Shown piece after piece: positions 63,394-64,000 of a DNA stretch of 64,000 bases. The position numbers and the translations under genes are program-made. Every line of letters starts with the position of its first letter. Position 1 is the stretch's first letter. Source of the DNA: Nitrospira sp. GTDB lineage: Bacteria; Nitrospirota; Nitrospiria; Nitrospirales; Nitrospiraceae. The DNA lies in contig JBGTNJ010000032.1 of the NCBI GenBank assembly GCA_041743145.1, forward strand, positions 4,692 through 68,691. Direction: 5' to 3'. The notes beneath the pieces are model-generated. The model saw only the letters and a list, made by a program, of their open reading frames with translations. It was not told where the DNA came from and did no database searches.

Positions 63394-64000
63394 ACATCGA
63401 CTTTTGAGGCCTCAATGGACACCGCGAAATCTTCTGAAGTCTTTGATGAAGAAGCACTTGTCCGAGAGTTTGAAGAACGGGAATCTGCTCCCCAACTTGC
63501 CTCAGAGACTCGACCAGCACCGCCTGATTTTAACCCGGCTAGGTTTTCAGAACTCGTCTGCCAGACACTCGACCATCCTGATTTTCGGGCCCTCCCCTCC
63601 CATCTACAGATCCTCTATGTACAGTTTCTTCGACACAGCCACGGATGTGGCACGAGGCATGTTAAGGCGTCGATCGCCGATATGGCGCAATGGGTCGGGA
63701 CACGCGGAAAGAATGCACTCCGCGCCAGACAGCAGCTGGTTACGGCTGGCCTACTCAAAATTACGCTTCGTCCACGTCAATTTCTCAAAGGTCAATTTGA
63801 AGTGCGACTCTTCTCGCCACAGGCTCGCCCACATATCTCTCCAGACACCATGATCCATCGTTTTCACCAATTCACAGCGAAAGACCTTGAGATCCTCGAT
63901 TCACAAATTCGCACAGCGGAACCTGAGGTCCGCGAGGCGCTGCTCGACGACACCCGTCAGCTTCTGGTCGATATGAAGAGAGGAGGCTTCGAGCTTCCGC
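63388..64000 (+). CDS. Hypothetical protein with a predicted winged-helix (replication-initiator/regulator-like) region; runs off the window; missing from the ORF track
   Basis: Open frame from ATG 63388 or 63415 to the end: ...FRALPSHLQILYVQFLRHSHG...VKASIADMAQWVGTRGKNALRARQQLVTAGLL.... Divergent from the integrase. Confidence 0.55.
   Translation, partial: MRTSTFEASMDTAKSSEVFDEEALVREFEERESAPQLASETRPAPPDFNPARFSELVCQTLDHPDFRALPSHLQILYVQFLRHSHGCGTRHVKASIADMAQWVGTRGKNALRARQQLVTAGLLKITLRPRQFLKGQFEVRLFSPQARPHISPDTMIHRFHQFTAKDLEILDSQIRTAEPEVREALLDDTRQLLVDMKRGGFELP

Noticed and set aside
63359-63853. 164-aa plus-strand ORF in the track
   Set aside because: It overlaps, in another frame, a longer protein-like ORF (63388 to end) that the track missed because it has no stop in the window.

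Overview
This is a GC-rich (roughly 55-60% by eye) bacterial window, tentatively Nitrospira-like; that assignment is inference from the style of two uncharacterised periplasmic protein families and is not proven. It reads as a large osmotic and carbon-storage stress region. (1) Glycogen/trehalose cluster: malQ (partial), glgB, treZ and glgX, with an inserted MscS, zincin peptidase and Ddl-like ATP-grasp trio. (2) MscS-like gene plus a tandem mgtE pair, DUF2490 and CNNM. (3) Glucosylglycerate locus: gpgP, gpgS and a Ggs/Mgs-like glycosyltransferase, co-transcribed with a TM-helix protein and a sugar ABC importer. (4) Two cupredoxin-like periplasmic proteins. (5) A YHS-galT-treT-ppsA-Na/Ca exchanger-Ca P-type ATPase run. 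(6) A complete N-ATPase operon, atpDCQRBEFAG. (7) About 10 kb of decayed general-stress genes with a dead IS1182-type element, surrounding intact hsp20, pyk and ppk2. (8) lemA/M48 and a HAD-GH65 fusion. (9) The start of an integrative element: a tyrosine recombinase and a divergent wHTH ORF. Signals the ORF track does not show include an in-frame palindromic heptamer element inside the P-type ATPase, an IS inserted exactly at the hsp20 stop codon, five genes with single in-frame stops, and several remnants. No rRNA, tRNA or CRISPR array was found. All family assignments come from motif recognition by eye, not database searches.
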